Part shown: one piece after another, positions 29,204 to 38,168 of the stretch
How the letters are laid out: the number at the start of each line of letters is the position of its first letter
Numbering within the stretch: position 1 is the stretch's first letter
Source: an uncultured Coriobacteriaceae bacterium
GTDB lineage: Bacteria; Actinomycetota; Coriobacteriia; Anaerosomatales; Anaerosomataceae
Length of the DNA stretch: 45,997 nucleotides
Assembly (NCBI GenBank): GCA_964527045.1
Contig: CAZGNF010000001.1
Coordinates: 1-45,997 of the forward strand
Reading direction: 5' to 3'
Made by a program: the position numbers and the translations under genes
The notes under the pieces: generated by a model
Told to the model about the DNA's origin: nothing
The model's input: only the letters and a program-made list of their open reading frames with translations
Database searches by the model: none

Positions 29204-30703
29204 GTGTCTAAAGGCAAAATCATCGCGGCTGTTGTCGGGCTGCTTGTGGTTGGCGGAATCGTTGCGGCGGTGATACTCGGACGGGGCGCCAATGCTCCCG
29301 AGGTCACTGTTGAGCAGGCCACGCAGTCGTCGTTGGCTGTGACGGTAAGCGCTTCTGGCAAGACCGAAGCAGACACCAAAGGCGACATCTACCCGCCCAC
29401 AGCAGGAACACTTACGAGCATCGAAGTGACCGACGGTCAAACGGTCAAAGCGGGTGACATCATCGCGGTGATGGACACGGCACCGCTCGAGCTGCAGGTT
29501 GCACAGGCACAGGCCGCATACGAAGGGGCGCTTGCTCAGGCAGACAGCATCTCGCAGTCAGCGCCTTCCTCGGCTGATAAGGCCGCAGCATCGGCTTCCG
29601 TCTCGGCAGCGTACGGTGCGTACAAGGCAGCGAGCGACCAGTACAACGCACTTCTCGCGGTGACACCCGATCCGACAGCGATTGCTCAAGCCGAGGCCGC
29701 GGTCGCGACCGCGCAGGCGACCTACGACGCTGCGCAGGCGGCGTACGACAGCTACAAGACAACGGTGTACGATCCCGCGCCGCTTCCCCGGGATGCCTCG
29801 ATGGAGACAGCGCTTGCAGTGCTCTCGCTCGCGCGCGACCAGGCGTATGCGAACTACGTGTCGGCGCAGCAGGCGCTTGCCGCGCTGCTCTCCGGCCAGG
29901 ACCTGAGCTCTGCCATCGCTGCGGCGAAGTCCGCACGCGACCAGGCGTGGGCGGCGTACCAGGGCGCGCTTGCGCAGCAGGCGAAGCTCTCCTCGGCCAG
30001 CACGAGTGCCGCAAAGTCCTCGGCGGACGCTGCTGTAAGGGCTGCGCGCGACGCTCTCGACTACGCGACCTCGAACCTCGAGAAGGCGACGATGCGTGCG
30101 CCACATGACGGCACTGTCGTGTTCAACGGTGCGGGAGCATCGCTTGCGGGCCTTGGCGCTAGCGGGGCAGGCAAACCCACCGTCGGGGCGGCAGTCTCGC
30201 CGGCATCCGCGCCGTTCAGCATCGTCTACTTCGATCAGCTCGTCTTCAACGCGCAGGTCGACGAGGCCGACATCGCGACTGTGAAGTCCGGACTCAAGGC
30301 GATGGTCACGCTCGACGCGCTCACAGCCGAGACCTTCGAGTCGACCGTCGAGCGCGTCGACAAGACCTCGGTCGTCACGCCCACCGGCGGTACTGCCTTC
30401 TCGGTGATCATCCGGCTGACAGGCACGGGCGATAAGGTGCTGCTCGGCATGAACGGAAGCGCAGACATCGAGATCGAGTCGATCGCCGGCGCACTGACCG
30501 TTCCAGTCGAAGCTGTCTTGGATGAGGCCGGAAAGAGCTACGTCTTCGTTGCCGAGAATGGCAAGGCGAAGCGAGTCGAGGTGACGACCGGCCGCCTCAC
30601 CGACACGCGTGCCGAGATCCTCTCGGGCATCTCCGAGGGAGCGAACGTCATCGTGAGCGGCATCGGTGACCTCAAAGACGGCGTTGCGATAAGGGTGAAG
30701 TAG
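29204..30703 (+). CDS. HlyD/MacA-type membrane fusion (periplasmic adaptor) protein
   Basis: The product from GTG 29204 (RBS GAGGAGG) reads VSKGKIIAAVVGLLVVGGIVAAV, a TM anchor. A lipoyl-like block (VKAGDIIAVMD) and a long Ala/Gln coiled coil follow. The beta-barrel C-terminus reads VFVAENGKAKRVEVTTG. Confidence 0.82.
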   Translation: MSKGKIIAAVVGLLVVGGIVAAVILGRGANAPEVTVEQATQSSLAVTVSASGKTEADTKGDIYPPTAGTLTSIEVTDGQTVKAGDIIAVMDTAPLELQVAQAQAAYEGALAQADSISQSAPSSADKAAASASVSAAYGAYKAASDQYNALLAVTPDPTAIAQAEAAVATAQATYDAAQAAYDSYKTTVYDPAPLPRDASMETALAVLSLARDQAYANYVSAQQALAALLSGQDLSSAIAAAKSARDQAWAAYQGALAQQAKLSSASTSAAKSSADAAVRAARDALDYATSNLEKATMRAPHDGTVVFNGAGASLAGLGASGAGKPTVGAAVSPASAPFSIVYFDQLVFNAQVDEADIATVKSGLKAMVTLDALTAETFESTVERVDKTSVVTPTGGTAFSVIIRLTGTGDKVLLGMNGSADIEIESIAGALTVPVEAVLDEAGKSYVFVAENGKAKRVEVTTGRLTDTRAEILSGISEGANVIVSGIGDLKDGVAIRVK

Positions 30704-30706
30704 CAC

Positions 30707-31474
30707 GTGCCCGAGGCCCCCGGAGCTGCGCCGCGCATCGTTCTTGAGACGCGCGACGTCGGAAAGCAATACAAGCTCGACGGCGTGGAGGTCAATGCCC
30801 TCCGCGGCGTGAGCGTTGCCATCCATGCGGGCGAGATGGTCTCGATCATGGGGCCGTCCGGATCCGGGAAGTCGACGCTGATGCATATCGTCGGCCTGTT
30901 GGACCGTCCAACGACCGGTCAGGTCATCCTTGAGGGTGACGACATATCGAACCTGTCGCCGAACCAACTGGCGGAGCTCCGGAACAAGTACATCGGTTTC
31001 GTCTTCCAGTCGTTCAACTTGCTTGCCCGCACATCCGCTCAGGCGAATGTGGAGCTGCCGCTTGTGTACGCAGGCGTCAGTGGCGCCGATCGCTCGCGTC
31101 GTGCGATGGATGCGCTCGAGCGCGTTGGTCTCGGCAATCGGATGGGTCACTTCAGCAGTCAGCTTTCGGGTGGCCAACAGCAGCGCGTGGCAATCGCCCG
31201 GGCGCTCGTGAACAGCCCAAGCATCGTCCTTGCCGATGAGCCGACCGGCAACCTCGACTCACGCTCTGGCATCGAGGTCATGGCGATGCTTCAGGACCTG
31301 AACGCGCAAGGTATCACCGTGGTAGTCGTGACGCACGACGACCGCATCGCACGGCATGCCGAGCGCGTCATCCGTGTCTTCGACGGGCGCGTCCAGTCCG
31401 AGGAGATTGTGCAGAATCGCGTGCTGGCGGCCCAGGAACTCGCGGCGCTTCCTGCCGAGGAGGTGGCCGGGTGA
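30707..31474 (+). CDS. ABC transporter ATP-binding protein (MacB/LolD/FtsE-like)
   Basis: Walker [11 protein letters not shown]-loop, signature [15 protein letters not shown] and Walker [13 protein letters not shown]. Confidence 0.92.
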   Translation: MPEAPGAAPRIVLETRDVGKQYKLDGVEVNALRGVSVAIHAGEMVSIMGPSGSGKSTLMHIVGLLDRPTTGQVILEGDDISNLSPNQLAELRNKYIGFVFQSFNLLARTSAQANVELPLVYAGVSGADRSRRAMDALERVGLGNRMGHFSSQLSGGQQQRVAIARALVNSPSIVLADEPTGNLDSRSGIEVMAMLQDLNAQGITVVVVTHDDRIARHAERVIRVFDGRVQSEEIVQNRVLAAQELAALPAEEVAG

Positions 31475-32664
31475 ACTTCGCAGAGAGCTTCCGCATCGCA
31501 CTCCGCGCGCTTAACGCGAACAAAGCCCGAAGCGTGCTCACGATGCTTGGCGTGGTCATAGGCGTAGCAGCCGTGATCCTGCTGGTTGGTATTGGCACGG
31601 GCGTTCAGGATGAGATCACAGGTCAGGTCGAAGGCCTCGGCAGCAACCTCCTCTTCATCGTGCCCGGCCAGTACGGCGGCGGTATGGGCGGCGATCAAGC
31701 GCCCCCATCACGAAGGTTCACGATTGAGGACTCGGATCTGCTGGCCCGAAGAGTACCCGGCGTCGATGCGGTGGTGCCGGTGCTGCAGGCGGGCTCCACC
31801 GTCAAGCGCGGGAACCGGTCGGTGCGAGTCGTGGTTGCCGCCGCAAACGAGCAGGGCGGTGAGGTGTTCAGCGGCACGCTCGCTGGCGGCCGCGGGTATC
31901 GGAAGAGCGAAGTGCAGGCCGCAGCGAGGGTCGTCGCCATTGGATCCACCGTACGCGACACACTCTTTCCGGGGCAGGACCCACTCGGCAAGACCGTGAC
32001 GCTTGAAGGTCAGCGGTTCATCGTCGTCGGCTACTACGAATCGATGGGCGGAGGCCTGGCGGGCGACCAGGACAGCCAGGTGTACATCCCGGTTACAACC
32101 GCTCAGCGGGTGTTCAACCTCAACTACATCAATACCATCGTGGTGAAGGCGACCGACCCCGCACGCATCGAGGTTGTGAAGGCCGATCTGCGTCGCGTCC
32201 TCACGCCGCGTTACGGCGAGGAGTTCACCGTCTTCACCCAGGAGCAGACGCTCGGGTTGCTCTCGGACCTGCTTGGTACCCTGACGTACATGCTTGCCGG
32301 TATCGCGGGCATCTCGCTTCTGGTGGGCGGCATCGGCATCATGAACATCATGCTCGTCAGTGTTTCTGAGCGCACTCGCGAGATCGGCATCCGCAAGGCG
32401 GTTGGCGCACGCACGTACGACATCCTGTCGCAGTTCGTCATCGAGGCGGTTGGACTATCGGTCCTGGGCGGCATCATCGGCATCTCGATCGGATGGGGCG
32501 GCGCGGCGCTTATGGCGAAGTTCACGCCGGTGCCGACCAACGTCACGCCATGGGCCGTGGCGACGGCGTTCTTCTTCGCCGCGGGCGTCGGCGTCTTCTT
32601 TGGTGTCTACCCGGCCTGGAAGGCAAGCCAGCTCGACCCGATCGTGGCGCTCAGATACGAGTAA
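31471..32664 (+). CDS. ABC transporter permease, MacB/FtsX family
   Basis: 397 aa. N-terminal AFRALNANKARSVLTMLGVVIGVAAV, then a large extracytoplasmic domain. The FtsX C-terminal block is ERTREIGIRKAVGA. GTGA overlap with the ATPase gene. Confidence 0.9.
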   Translation: MNFAESFRIALRALNANKARSVLTMLGVVIGVAAVILLVGIGTGVQDEITGQVEGLGSNLLFIVPGQYGGGMGGDQAPPSRRFTIEDSDLLARRVPGVDAVVPVLQAGSTVKRGNRSVRVVVAAANEQGGEVFSGTLAGGRGYRKSEVQAAARVVAIGSTVRDTLFPGQDPLGKTVTLEGQRFIVVGYYESMGGGLAGDQDSQVYIPVTTAQRVFNLNYINTIVVKATDPARIEVVKADLRRVLTPRYGEEFTVFTQEQTLGLLSDLLGTLTYMLAGIAGISLLVGGIGIMNIMLVSVSERTREIGIRKAVGARTYDILSQFVIEAVGLSVLGGIIGISIGWGGAALMAKFTPVPTNVTPWAVATAFFFAAGVGVFFGVYPAWKASQLDPIVALRYE

Positions 32665-32675
32665 GCACCGTCTCG

Positions 32676-33173
32676 CTAGCTGGTGAAGTCGCTGGGATCG
32701 ACGTGGTCGAGGAACTCCCGGAATCGCTCGACCTCTTCCTCGGCATCGTCGACAGCCTGCACGATGACGGCGGCGGCGTTCCAGACATCCTCGGCGACGA
32801 AGATGGCACAGGGGATACGGACTGCGAGCGCTATTGCGTCTGACGGACGCGCGTCGATCGCGATCACGCGTTCCTCGCCGCGCACGACGATGGCGGCGAA
32901 GTACGTGCCGCTGTCGAGACGCGTGACCTCGACGCGCAGCACCATATAGCCGAGTTGATCGATCAGCTCACGGAGTAGGTCGTGCGTCATGGGGCGGGGA
33001 AGGTCGATGCCCTGCAGCCCAAGCATGATGGCGGAGGCCTCCGGCTGCCCGATCCAGATCGGAAGGAGGCGCGCGTCCTCTCCTTCAACCTGCTGTTCGA
33101 GCGGTTTGAGCAGCAGTACCGGTTGACCCGATGTGGCGTCAGCATTCACGCTCGCTATGCGGACCTCGATCAT
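32676..33173 (-). CDS. Bifunctional nuclease family protein (DUF151/BFN)
   Basis: 165 aa. QPVLLLKP, LPIWIGQPEASAI, RPMTHDL, IDARPSDAIALAVR and the FREFLDHVDPSDF tail. Confidence 0.8.
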   Translation of the reverse strand: MIEVRIASVNADATSGQPVLLLKPLEQQVEGEDARLLPIWIGQPEASAIMLGLQGIDLPRPMTHDLLRELIDQLGYMVLRVEVTRLDSGTYFAAIVVRGEERVIAIDARPSDAIALAVRIPCAIFVAEDVWNAAAVIVQAVDDAEEEVERFREFLDHVDPSDFTS

Positions 33174-33290
33174 TGTGCCTCCGATCGCTTACAGCCATTA
33201 CCCTACCACGACCGCCGCCACATCTCTGCGGCTCCACCGAAGCAGGACAGGCGCCCAGCTGCGTGCTCGAAGCGAACCTCGGTGTTTCGC

Positions 33291-33320
33291 TTGACGCTCT
33301 CGCGGGGCCTGGGCTATGGT
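33291..33320 (+). promoter_or_regulatory. Promoter for tRNA-Ile
   Basis: TTGACG (33291-33296), 18-nt spacer, TATGGT (33315-33320), 21 nt upstream of the mature tRNA 5' end. Confidence 0.55.
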
Positions 33321-33341
33321 ATCGAAGCTGTTTCCTGGCGC

Positions 33342-33418
33342 GGGCCCGTAGCTCAGTTGGTTAGAGCGCACGGCTGATAACCGTGAGGTCGATGGTTCGA
33401 ATCCATCCGGGCCCACCA
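33342..33418 (+). tRNA. tRNA-Ile (anticodon GAT), CCA encoded
   Basis: Hand-folded cloverleaf. Acceptor GGGCCCG/CGGGCCC, D-arm GCTC...GAGC, anticodon stem CACGG/CCGTG with loop CTGATAA, and T-arm GATGG-TTCGAAT-CCATC. Discriminator A followed by CCA. Confidence 0.93.
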
Positions 33419-33429
33419 CACGAAGACCG

Positions 33430-33459
33430 AACCGGACGGGAGTCTCCTGTCCGGTTTTG
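33430..33459 (+). terminator. Rho-independent terminator after tRNA-Ile
   Basis: AACCGGAC...GTCCGGTT stem followed by TTGCGTTT. Confidence 0.65.
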
Positions 33460-33594
33460 CGTTTCCGGGTTCCATGTCTGTACCCACGCCGCGGCGCAAC
33501 GGGTACGATACTGGCATGATCCTCTCGAGGCGGCGATCATGTCTGCGTGCCTTGGATGCTCGGTGTGTGCAGTAGCGCAACGGGAGCGGGACAC

Positions 33595-36306
33595 ATGAGA
33601 ATCGACCAGGTGGTCACTGCTGATTCCCTCGATCGCCTCCTTGGCGTCATGCTTCTTGTCGGGTTGGACGGCACGATACTCGACGCCAACGCCGCTGCCC
33701 TTTCATTCTATGGATACTCGCGAGACGAGATGCTCGCATTGAGTATCCGAGACATTCGATCGCCGAGAGACCAGGAAGCGATCGCGCGTCAGATGGAGGA
33801 GGCGCAGGCCAGGGGAATCCTCTTCAGGGCGGAGCATATCCGCAAGGACGGCACCCGCATCCCAGTCGAGGTTCGCTCCTCGGTCGTTCACAGCCCAGAC
33901 GGCGATGCGCTTCTCAGCGCAGTTCGGGATATGACGGAGATCGATCGAGCCGAGACCGCGCTTCGAGAGAGCGAGCAGCGCCAGAAGCTCCTCTTCGAAG
34001 GCATGGCCGAAGGCTTTGCGGTTCACGAGATCATCCTCGACACCGACGGGCGCCCATGCGACTACCGATTCCTGCAAGTGAACCCTGGATTCGAGCGACT
34101 CACTGGGCTCAAGGCCAGCGATATCGTCGGGAAGACCGTACTGGAGGTACTTCCGGGAACCGAGCCGATCTGGATCGAACGCTATGGCAAGGTTGCATTG
34201 ACCGGAGAGCCAGCCCAGTTCGAGGACTACTTCTCTTTGCTCGATCAGTACTTCGATATTCGAGCGTATGCACCTGAGCCGGGACACTTTGCGGTGACTT
34301 TCACCGATGTCACCGAACGCCGCCGCGCCGAGAAGGCGTTGCGTGAGAGCGAAGAGAGCCTCGCCAAAGCCCAGCGGTACGCGCACATCGGCAGTTGGAC
34401 GTGGGATATCAAAGCGAACCAACTTGAGTGGTCCGACGAGATGTTCCGCGTCTTCGGTCTAGAGAAGGCGAACTTCTCAGGAGTGCTCGAGGATGTGATC
34501 GCAGCGGCGATACATCCCGACGATCGCCCGGCCGTACAAGCATCGAACGCGTCGGTCATGAACGACGGCGTCCCGATTCCACTGGAGTATCGCGTTCTGT
34601 GGCCGGACGGATCCGAGCACGTCGTCTGGGCCGAGGCCGGCGAGCTGCTCCGCGATGAGAGCGGTGCTCCGTGGAAGCTGAGCGGCACCGTGCAGGACAT
34701 AACCGCCAACACAAAGTCCGAAGAGGCACTTAGAGTCAGCGAGGATAAGTTCAAGTACCTCTTCGAGAAGTCGATCGTCGCCAAGTCGCTCACGAAGCCG
34801 GACGGCGAAGTCACCGTGAACGATGCGTTCTGCGAACTCCTTGGATACACGCGTGAGGAGATCAGTGACCGCGCGACGTGGCAGCAGCTCACGCATCCCG
34901 ATGATATCGCAAATGCCGAGCGTATCATCGCGGCGCTACTGGCCGGCGAGATGCCATCTGCGCGATTCACCAAACGGTACTTGCACAAAGACGGTCATGT
35001 CATATGGGCTGATCTAAGCACATCACTTCGGCGGGACCCCAAAGGTCAACCCGAGTACTTCATGACCACGATTCTCGACATCACCGAACGCAAGAACGCG
35101 GAGGACGAGCTTCGCGCCAGCGAGCGGTGGTTGAACGAGTCGCAGCGGGTAGCGCATCTCGGGCACTACAACTTCAACATCCAGGCGGACCACTGGAGTG
35201 GATCACCAGCCCTCTACGAAGTCCTCGGCGCGACCAACGAGGGCCGCGAGTCGTATCAAGGATGGCTTGGCCTCGTTCATCCCGATGACCGGGGTCTGCT
35301 ACACGAGCACTTCGAACACGAGGTGCTTGGCAAGGGCGCGCCGTTCGATCTGGAGTATCGAATCGTTCGACCCACAGACGGTGCCGAGCGCTGGGTTCAT
35401 GGGCTCGGCACCGTGGAGTACGACGCCGATGGCGCGCCACTCGCGCTCTTTGGCATCATCCAGGATGTCACGGAGCGTCGACTTGCGGAGAACGAGGTCA
35501 CGGAAATCAACACGCAACTCGAGCGGCGCGTGCAGGAACGCACTGAGGAACTCGGCATGATAAACGAGGAGCTTCTCTCGGCGAACTTCCAGTTGCACGA
35601 GACGAACGAGATCCTTGAGGAAGCAACACGCGCAAAGAGCGACTTCCTGGCATCGATGAGCCATGAGTTGCGGACGCCGCTGAACTCGATCATCGGGTTC
35701 TCGGACATTCTCGTGAAAGGGATGGCAGGCGAGCTCAACGAGGAGCAAAGCAAGCAGATCAGCATGATCAACAACTCGGGCCGGCATCTCCTTGGATTGG
35801 TGAACGAGGTGCTTGACCTGGCCAAGATCGAGGCGGGTCGGCACAAGCCGGATCTGCGCATGGTGGACATCTCCGCGGTGGTGCGCGGCATGTTCGAGTC
35901 CATGAAGCCTATGGCCGACGAGAAACAGCTGACAATGGTGTGTGACTGTCCTGACCTGCTGCCACCCATCATGACCGATGAGCTGCAGGTGGGGCAGATC
36001 GTTCTGAACCTGATTGGCAACGCGGTCAAGTTCACCGAGAAGGGTGACGTCACTGTAGGTGTTCGTGACGAGGGCGCCAATCTTGCCGTCGTGGTGAAGG
36101 ACTCAGGGCGGGGGATAGCCGAGGCGGACCTCGACAGGGTCTTCGATGACTTCTATCAGGTCGTACCCGAAGGTGGCATCAAGAGCGATGGTACCGGGCT
36201 TGGGCTTGCGGTTTCGAAGCGTATTGCGGCTGCGCTCGGCGCCACTATCGAAGTTGAAAGTGAACTGGGGTACGGTTCGACATTCACGCTTCGGTTGCCG
36301 CGCTAG
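33595..36306 (+). CDS. Cytoplasmic multi-PAS (about 5 PAS/PAC) sensor histidine kinase
   Basis: No TM segments. Repeated PAS cores are present (e.g. DGTILDANAAALSFYGYSRDEM, IGSWTWDIKANQLEWSDEMFRVFG, LGHYNFNIQADHWSGSPALYEVLG), then a coiled coil. The H-box is SHELRTPLNSI and the HATPase blocks are GNAVKFT, DSGRGI and GTGLGLAVS. ATG 33595 is preferred over the track start at 33547. Confidence 0.88.
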   Translation: MRIDQVVTADSLDRLLGVMLLVGLDGTILDANAAALSFYGYSRDEMLALSIRDIRSPRDQEAIARQMEEAQARGILFRAEHIRKDGTRIPVEVRSSVVHSPDGDALLSAVRDMTEIDRAETALRESEQRQKLLFEGMAEGFAVHEIILDTDGRPCDYRFLQVNPGFERLTGLKASDIVGKTVLEVLPGTEPIWIERYGKVALTGEPAQFEDYFSLLDQYFDIRAYAPEPGHFAVTFTDVTERRRAEKALRESEESLAKAQRYAHIGSWTWDIKANQLEWSDEMFRVFGLEKANFSGVLEDVIAAAIHPDDRPAVQASNASVMNDGVPIPLEYRVLWPDGSEHVVWAEAGELLRDESGAPWKLSGTVQDITANTKSEEALRVSEDKFKYLFEKSIVAKSLTKPDGEVTVNDAFCELLGYTREEISDRATWQQLTHPDDIANAERIIAALLAGEMPSARFTKRYLHKDGHVIWADLSTSLRRDPKGQPEYFMTTILDITERKNAEDELRASERWLNESQRVAHLGHYNFNIQADHWSGSPALYEVLGATNEGRESYQGWLGLVHPDDRGLLHEHFEHEVLGKGAPFDLEYRIVRPTDGAERWVHGLGTVEYDADGAPLALFGIIQDVTERRLAENEVTEINTQLERRVQERTEELGMINEELLSANFQLHETNEILEEATRAKSDFLASMSHELRTPLNSIIGFSDILVKGMAGELNEEQSKQISMINNSGRHLLGLVNEVLDLAKIEAGRHKPDLRMVDISAVVRGMFESMKPMADEKQLTMVCDCPDLLPPIMTDELQVGQIVLNLIGNAVKFTEKGDVTVGVRDEGANLAVVVKDSGRGIAEADLDRVFDDFYQVVPEGGIKSDGTGLGLAVSKRIAAALGATIEVESELGYGSTFTLRLPR

Positions 36307-36317
36307 GCGATGCCGGA

Positions 36318-36827
36318 TTACTCCATCGGTACTTGCTGCCACCTAAAGGTGCCGGTTCGCTTCAGCCATACCTGCTTCGTGAGGTCGACGATCACGAAGG
36401 CCGTCGCCTTCGGCTGCCCAAGGTCATACTGCTGGATCTGAACGACATGCCAGCCCGCGGCCTGTTGTGAGACGCCCGCACCAAAGGTGTGTTCGACGAT
36501 GACTCGCCCATCGGCGGGCACCGGGAACGTGCTCTCGTTCGCCTCCGTCAGCACGAGCGTGGATCCCGAGACCAGCCATTCCCGGCTACCCTCGGCAGCG
36601 GCCCAGGTAAGCCCCGGGGCGTAGCCCTCGATGTAGACGGTGGCCGGGTCCTTGAGGGCGACGCGCGAGGGGACCAGCCAGTCGCCTTGCACGAAGAAGA
36701 CGTCGATGAGGGGGAAGCCAGAGCCGGTCGTTCCCACTGCAGCCCTCATTCCGATGAAGGCCAGGATGAGCAAGACCGCGAGGACTGCGAGTGTCTTAAG
36801 GAGATTGACGAGCCATTTCAGCCGCAT
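36318..36827 (-). CDS. Hypothetical membrane-anchored/exported protein
   Basis: 169 aa. The N-terminal signal-anchor is LLKTLAVLAVLLILAFIG, followed by a beta-rich soluble domain. I recognise no motif. Convergent with the kinase gene. Confidence 0.5.
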   Translation of the reverse strand: MRLKWLVNLLKTLAVLAVLLILAFIGMRAAVGTTGSGFPLIDVFFVQGDWLVPSRVALKDPATVYIEGYAPGLTWAAAEGSREWLVSGSTLVLTEANESTFPVPADGRVIVEHTFGAGVSQQAAGWHVVQIQQYDLGQPKATAFVIVDLTKQVWLKRTGTFRWQQVPME

Positions 36828-36862
36828 TACAGGACTCCCTATGTTGGCATCCTCGTCCCCTG

Positions 36863-36892
36863 ACGATAGAACCTGGGCATCAAGCGAGTCAA
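36863..36892 (-). promoter_or_regulatory. Candidate promoter for the 36318-36827 gene
   Basis: The minus strand reads TTGACT (36892-36887), an 18-nt spacer, then TATCGT (36868-36863). Confidence 0.4.
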
Positions 36893-36900
36893 TCGCAACG

Positions 36901-36930
36901 CGGAGACCCGCCGTTCGCGGCGGGTCTCCG
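36901..36930 (-). terminator. Perfect 12-bp GC-rich hairpin ending the ABC-2 operon; no clear U-tract
   Basis: CGGAGACCCGCC-GTTCGC-GGCGGGTCTCCG, located 20 nt beyond the microprotein stop. Confidence 0.45.
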
Positions 36931-36950
36931 GTCGTTCAGGCGCTCTCGGG

Positions 36951-37085
36951 CTACTCGTCCTCGAGCGCCCGCTCCGCTTCCTTCTTCGCCTTCATCGAGG
37001 CCTGGATCTTGCCCCAGACCTTGAGCTTCAGGTAGCCGATGCCAACGACCCCGACCGCGATCAGAACCCACCAGTACCACTCCAC
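36951..37085 (-). CDS. Unlisted 44-aa single-pass membrane microprotein; last gene of the ABC-2 operon
   Basis: GTG 37085 is preceded by AAGGAGGG with a 6-nt spacer. The product reads VEWYWWVLIAVGVVGIGYLKLKVWGKIQASMKAKKEAERALEDE, one TM helix plus a charged tail. It starts 18 nt after the permease stop. Confidence 0.55.
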   Translation of the reverse strand: MEWYWWVLIAVGVVGIGYLKLKVWGKIQASMKAKKEAERALEDE

Positions 37086-37103
37086 TGCAATCCCTCCTTG
37101 GGA

Positions 37104-38168
37104 CTATTCGGCGACGAGCTTGCGCTGCATGCGGCGTGACAGGAGTCCGATGACAGGAATCAACGCCAGCGAGATTCCGAGAGCCACTACGAGGTCGACC
37201 CATATCGCGCCCAAACCCTTGCCCAGAACCGCCACCTGCCAGATCGGGTCGATCGCCCAGAACGTCGGGAAGATCTTCGCGATCCACTGCGGCCACTCAG
37301 GGAAGAGGTAGAACGCTACAGGAGCGAACAGGAAGATTCCGCTGCCCTTCACCAGGGTGAACATCGAGGCGCTGTCCTTCGCTGCGGTGCCGATCACGAT
37401 GCCCAGCACCGCCGAGAACGCCGATGCCCACAGAATGACCAGCACGAGCACCAACGGCTGGCCGCCAAGCGCGTCGTTCAGGAAGAGCGTCATGAACGCC
37501 ATCACGAACGCCAGGATCGTTCCCAACAGCCCCTTCGCAACGAGCACCTCGCTTGCCCTGACCGGTGAAACAAGCAACGCCGAGAGGGTCCCGTTCTCCT
37601 TCTCCTCGACGAGACTCGACGAGGGCACGAACGCACCGGCGATGAAGAGCGCGTACATCATGATGACCGGCACGAGTCGCACCGATATAGGCAGGCCCTC
37701 GTTGCCGAAGTTCTCGATACGCACATCGACCGGCGGTGCCGTCCCCTCGACCTGGCGCACGAGGTCCAACGTGGTCACGCTCAGGATGATGCGATTCGAG
37801 GCGAGGCTCTCGCCGCCGATGTAGAAGTCCAGAAGCGGCTTGTCCCCCGAGCGAATCGCGTCGTCGAATCCCTGTGGCAGCACCAAACCCGCATCGAAGT
37901 CGTTCGCCTTGACTCCCTGCTTGAGTGCGTCGGGAGCATCCAGGAGCGTGAGCTCGATGCCGTCCATCTTCTCAAGCGAGGCTGTGATCTCGGACGCTCC
38001 CTGATCGACCACGGCCAGCCGAGGCTTCGCAGTGAAGAGCGAACCGAATGCGACTTGCAGGATGAAGGTGAGCGCGAAGGGGAGGATGATCGCCCACAAG
38101 AAGATGGGAGAGCGTGGCCCGAGGGCCAGATCCTTCCGAAGAATCTTGAACATTCGCGAGAGACTCAT
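37104..38168 (-). CDS. ABC-2 type transporter permease
   Basis: The product from ATG 38168 reads MSLSRMFKILRKDLALGPRSPIFLWAIILPF. A large extracytoplasmic loop is followed by 5 C-terminal TM helices. ATGA overlap with the upstream permease stop. The 56-codon extension in the track is rejected. Confidence 0.82.
   Translation of the reverse strand: MSLSRMFKILRKDLALGPRSPIFLWAIILPFALTFILQVAFGSLFTAKPRLAVVDQGASEITASLEKMDGIELTLLDAPDALKQGVKANDFDAGLVLPQGFDDAIRSGDKPLLDFYIGGESLASNRIILSVTTLDLVRQVEGTAPPVDVRIENFGNEGLPISVRLVPVIMMYALFIAGAFVPSSSLVEEKENGTLSALLVSPVRASEVLVAKGLLGTILAFVMAFMTLFLNDALGGQPLVLVLVILWASAFSAVLGIVIGTAAKDSASMFTLVKGSGIFLFAPVAFYLFPEWPQWIAKIFPTFWAIDPIWQVAVLGKGLGAIWVDLVVALGISLALIPVIGLLSRRMQRKLVAE

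Noticed and set aside
29558-31177. 539-aa minus-strand ORF
   Set aside because: It is entirely antisense to the MFP and ABC ATPase genes, which have clear motifs. The product is Arg-rich, which is a long-ORF artefact of GC-rich DNA.
33419-36950. Genomic island integrated at tRNA-Ile
   Set aside because: I found no integrase or recombinase, no direct repeat of the tRNA 3' end, and no obvious compositional break downstream.
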